Source: an uncultured Haloferula sp.
GTDB taxonomy: Bacteria > Verrucomicrobiota > Verrucomicrobiia > Verrucomicrobiales > Akkermansiaceae
DNA: 64,000 bases
Direction of reading: 5' to 3'
Assembly: GCA_965652295.1 (NCBI GenBank)
Contig: CBFGTS010000010.1
Location: 97,907 to 161,906 of the forward strand
Shown here: positions 62,917 through 64,000 of the stretch, piece after piece
Layout of the letters: every line of letters begins with the position of its first letter
Position numbering within the stretch: position 1 is the first letter of the stretch
The notes under the pieces: model-generated
What the model was told of the DNA's origin: nothing
Databases searched by the model: none
What the model saw: only the letters and a program-made list of their open reading frames with translations
Translations under genes and position numbers: made by a program

Positions 62917-64000
62917 GTGAAATCCCGAGATGTTCTACCTGCAGCCGTCGTCCTCCTTGTCACCGGGGCGTGGTTGACGGCTCGGAATGGATCGATCCGG
63001 GAGGCGAGGGGGCGCATGGATGAGCTTGAGAGACAAATCTCTCGAACACCGATTGAGCATGATCGCCGGGTGCAAGCGGAACCGGCGCGAGTCGATTGGA
63101 TTGCTCTTGAGAAGACGCGCCATCAAGCGGGAACGGGAAGCACGGATCTGCGGAAAACTGTGCTCGCGCCGAAGTCCAAGCTCCTGCAGTTGGACGGCGC
63201 GGGGCTGGCGGCTGCCTATGACGATCTTGTCGAGTGCGACCTGTCACCCGAGTCGCGAGCGCTCTATGAGCAAATGATCATTGGTGCCGGTGAATTGATT
63301 GCGCCCGACTGGGTGTTGAACCGGTTTGCTGACAGGCTCAATTCGAACGAGGGCCCCACCAACTGCGCATGGTCATTATACAGCGCCTTCGAAAGGGTTC
63401 TGGAGTCGGATCCTGCCAAGGCGATGGAGTGGTATGAGCAACAACGGCAGGAAGGCCGGCTCGGTAGCAAACAGCTGGGAGTGGATTTCGCGGCGGCGAG
63501 ATACGAAGCCGCCTTGATCAATCGACTGTTGACGCTCGATCCTGACGCGGCGAAGGCGAGATTCGCTGAGTTGACAGAAGAGGGTCGGAGGCTGAGTTAT
63601 GATCTCGGCGGAGGGTTCCCCCTAGATGAAGGAGCGGGTGAGGCGTTCGCCGACATGGTTCGCAGCATCGCGGATGAGGCCGAGCGGGGCGCCTTGCTCG
63701 GCGATGGGTGCTCGGAATTGTTTTATCAAAAGGGCTACCCGGCGGTGACGGAATATCTGGATCGGATTTCTGCGTCACCCGATGAACGCCTGGGTGTGGC
63801 GAACGAGATTGCCAAGAAATGCGTGTCAAACGCAGCATGGAACAGAGGACTGGAGGTCGGGGAGTTGAGAGAGATGTGGGACTGGTTACGGAAGGAGTGC
63901 CCGGAAGGAGCCGATCAAATCACCGGGCATGCGCTGGCGTCTGTGACTTGGGAGGGTTACCTCGAGTCGAGGGTCGAAATCATTGAAGAGCTTCGCCGTG
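62917..64000 (+). CDS. Uncharacterised membrane-anchored alpha-helical repeat protein (array copy 3, partial)
   Basis: Open frame from GTG 62917 to the edge: VKSRDVLPAAVVLLVTGAWL...SDPAKAMEWY...LDPDAAKARF...GYPAVTEYLDRI...REMWDWLRKECPE. Collinear with copy 1; missed by the ORF track. Confidence 0.8.
   Translation, partial: MKSRDVLPAAVVLLVTGAWLTARNGSIREARGRMDELERQISRTPIEHDRRVQAEPARVDWIALEKTRHQAGTGSTDLRKTVLAPKSKLLQLDGAGLAAAYDDLVECDLSPESRALYEQMIIGAGELIAPDWVLNRFADRLNSNEGPTNCAWSLYSAFERVLESDPAKAMEWYEQQRQEGRLGSKQLGVDFAAARYEAALINRLLTLDPDAAKARFAELTEEGRRLSYDLGGGFPLDEGAGEAFADMVRSIADEAERGALLGDGCSELFYQKGYPAVTEYLDRISASPDERLGVANEIAKKCVSNAAWNRGLEVGELREMWDWLRKECPEGADQITGHALASVTWEGYLESRVEIIEELRR

Noticed and set aside
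62987-63838. Short ORFs suggesting a frameshifted or pseudogenised third paralogue
   Set aside because: Manual reading shows one uninterrupted frame from 62917 to the window edge; the track omits it only because it has no stop codon.

Overview
High-GC bacterial chromosomal segment, most likely a free-living verrucomicrobium (Luteolibacter/Haloferula-like). This is inferred from PVC-type gene families: an Amuc_1098-1102-like cluster, a DUF1501 + PSD1 pair and a PVC-type heme-binding dehydrogenase. About 45 CDSs can be supported. Core genes include glnII, a DinG/YoaA helicase, aroD, coaE, rho, rnd, gyrB-gyrA, rsgA, ahpC and sufCBD. Notable blocks: (i) a five-gene pilMN-O-P-Q-like envelope machine resembling Akkermansia Amuc_1102-1098, without pilin or ATPase genes (14.3-21.7 kb); (ii) a lower-GC two-gene nucleotidyltransferase module resembling a toxin-antitoxin/Abi system (51.5-52.3 kb); (iii) a suf operon headed by a Cys-free Fur-family (Irr/PerR-like) regulator with an AT-rich operator-like palindrome and heptamer-repeat elements at its gene junctions (54.5-58.7 kb); (iv) a tandem array of at least three uncharacterised membrane-anchored helical-repeat proteins running off the right edge; (v) a trio of small stress-type membrane/lipoproteins. 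No rRNA, tRNA, CRISPR array, transposase or integrase was recognised. Family assignments come from reading motifs by eye, not from database searches, and many start codons were moved downstream of the ORF-track starts.
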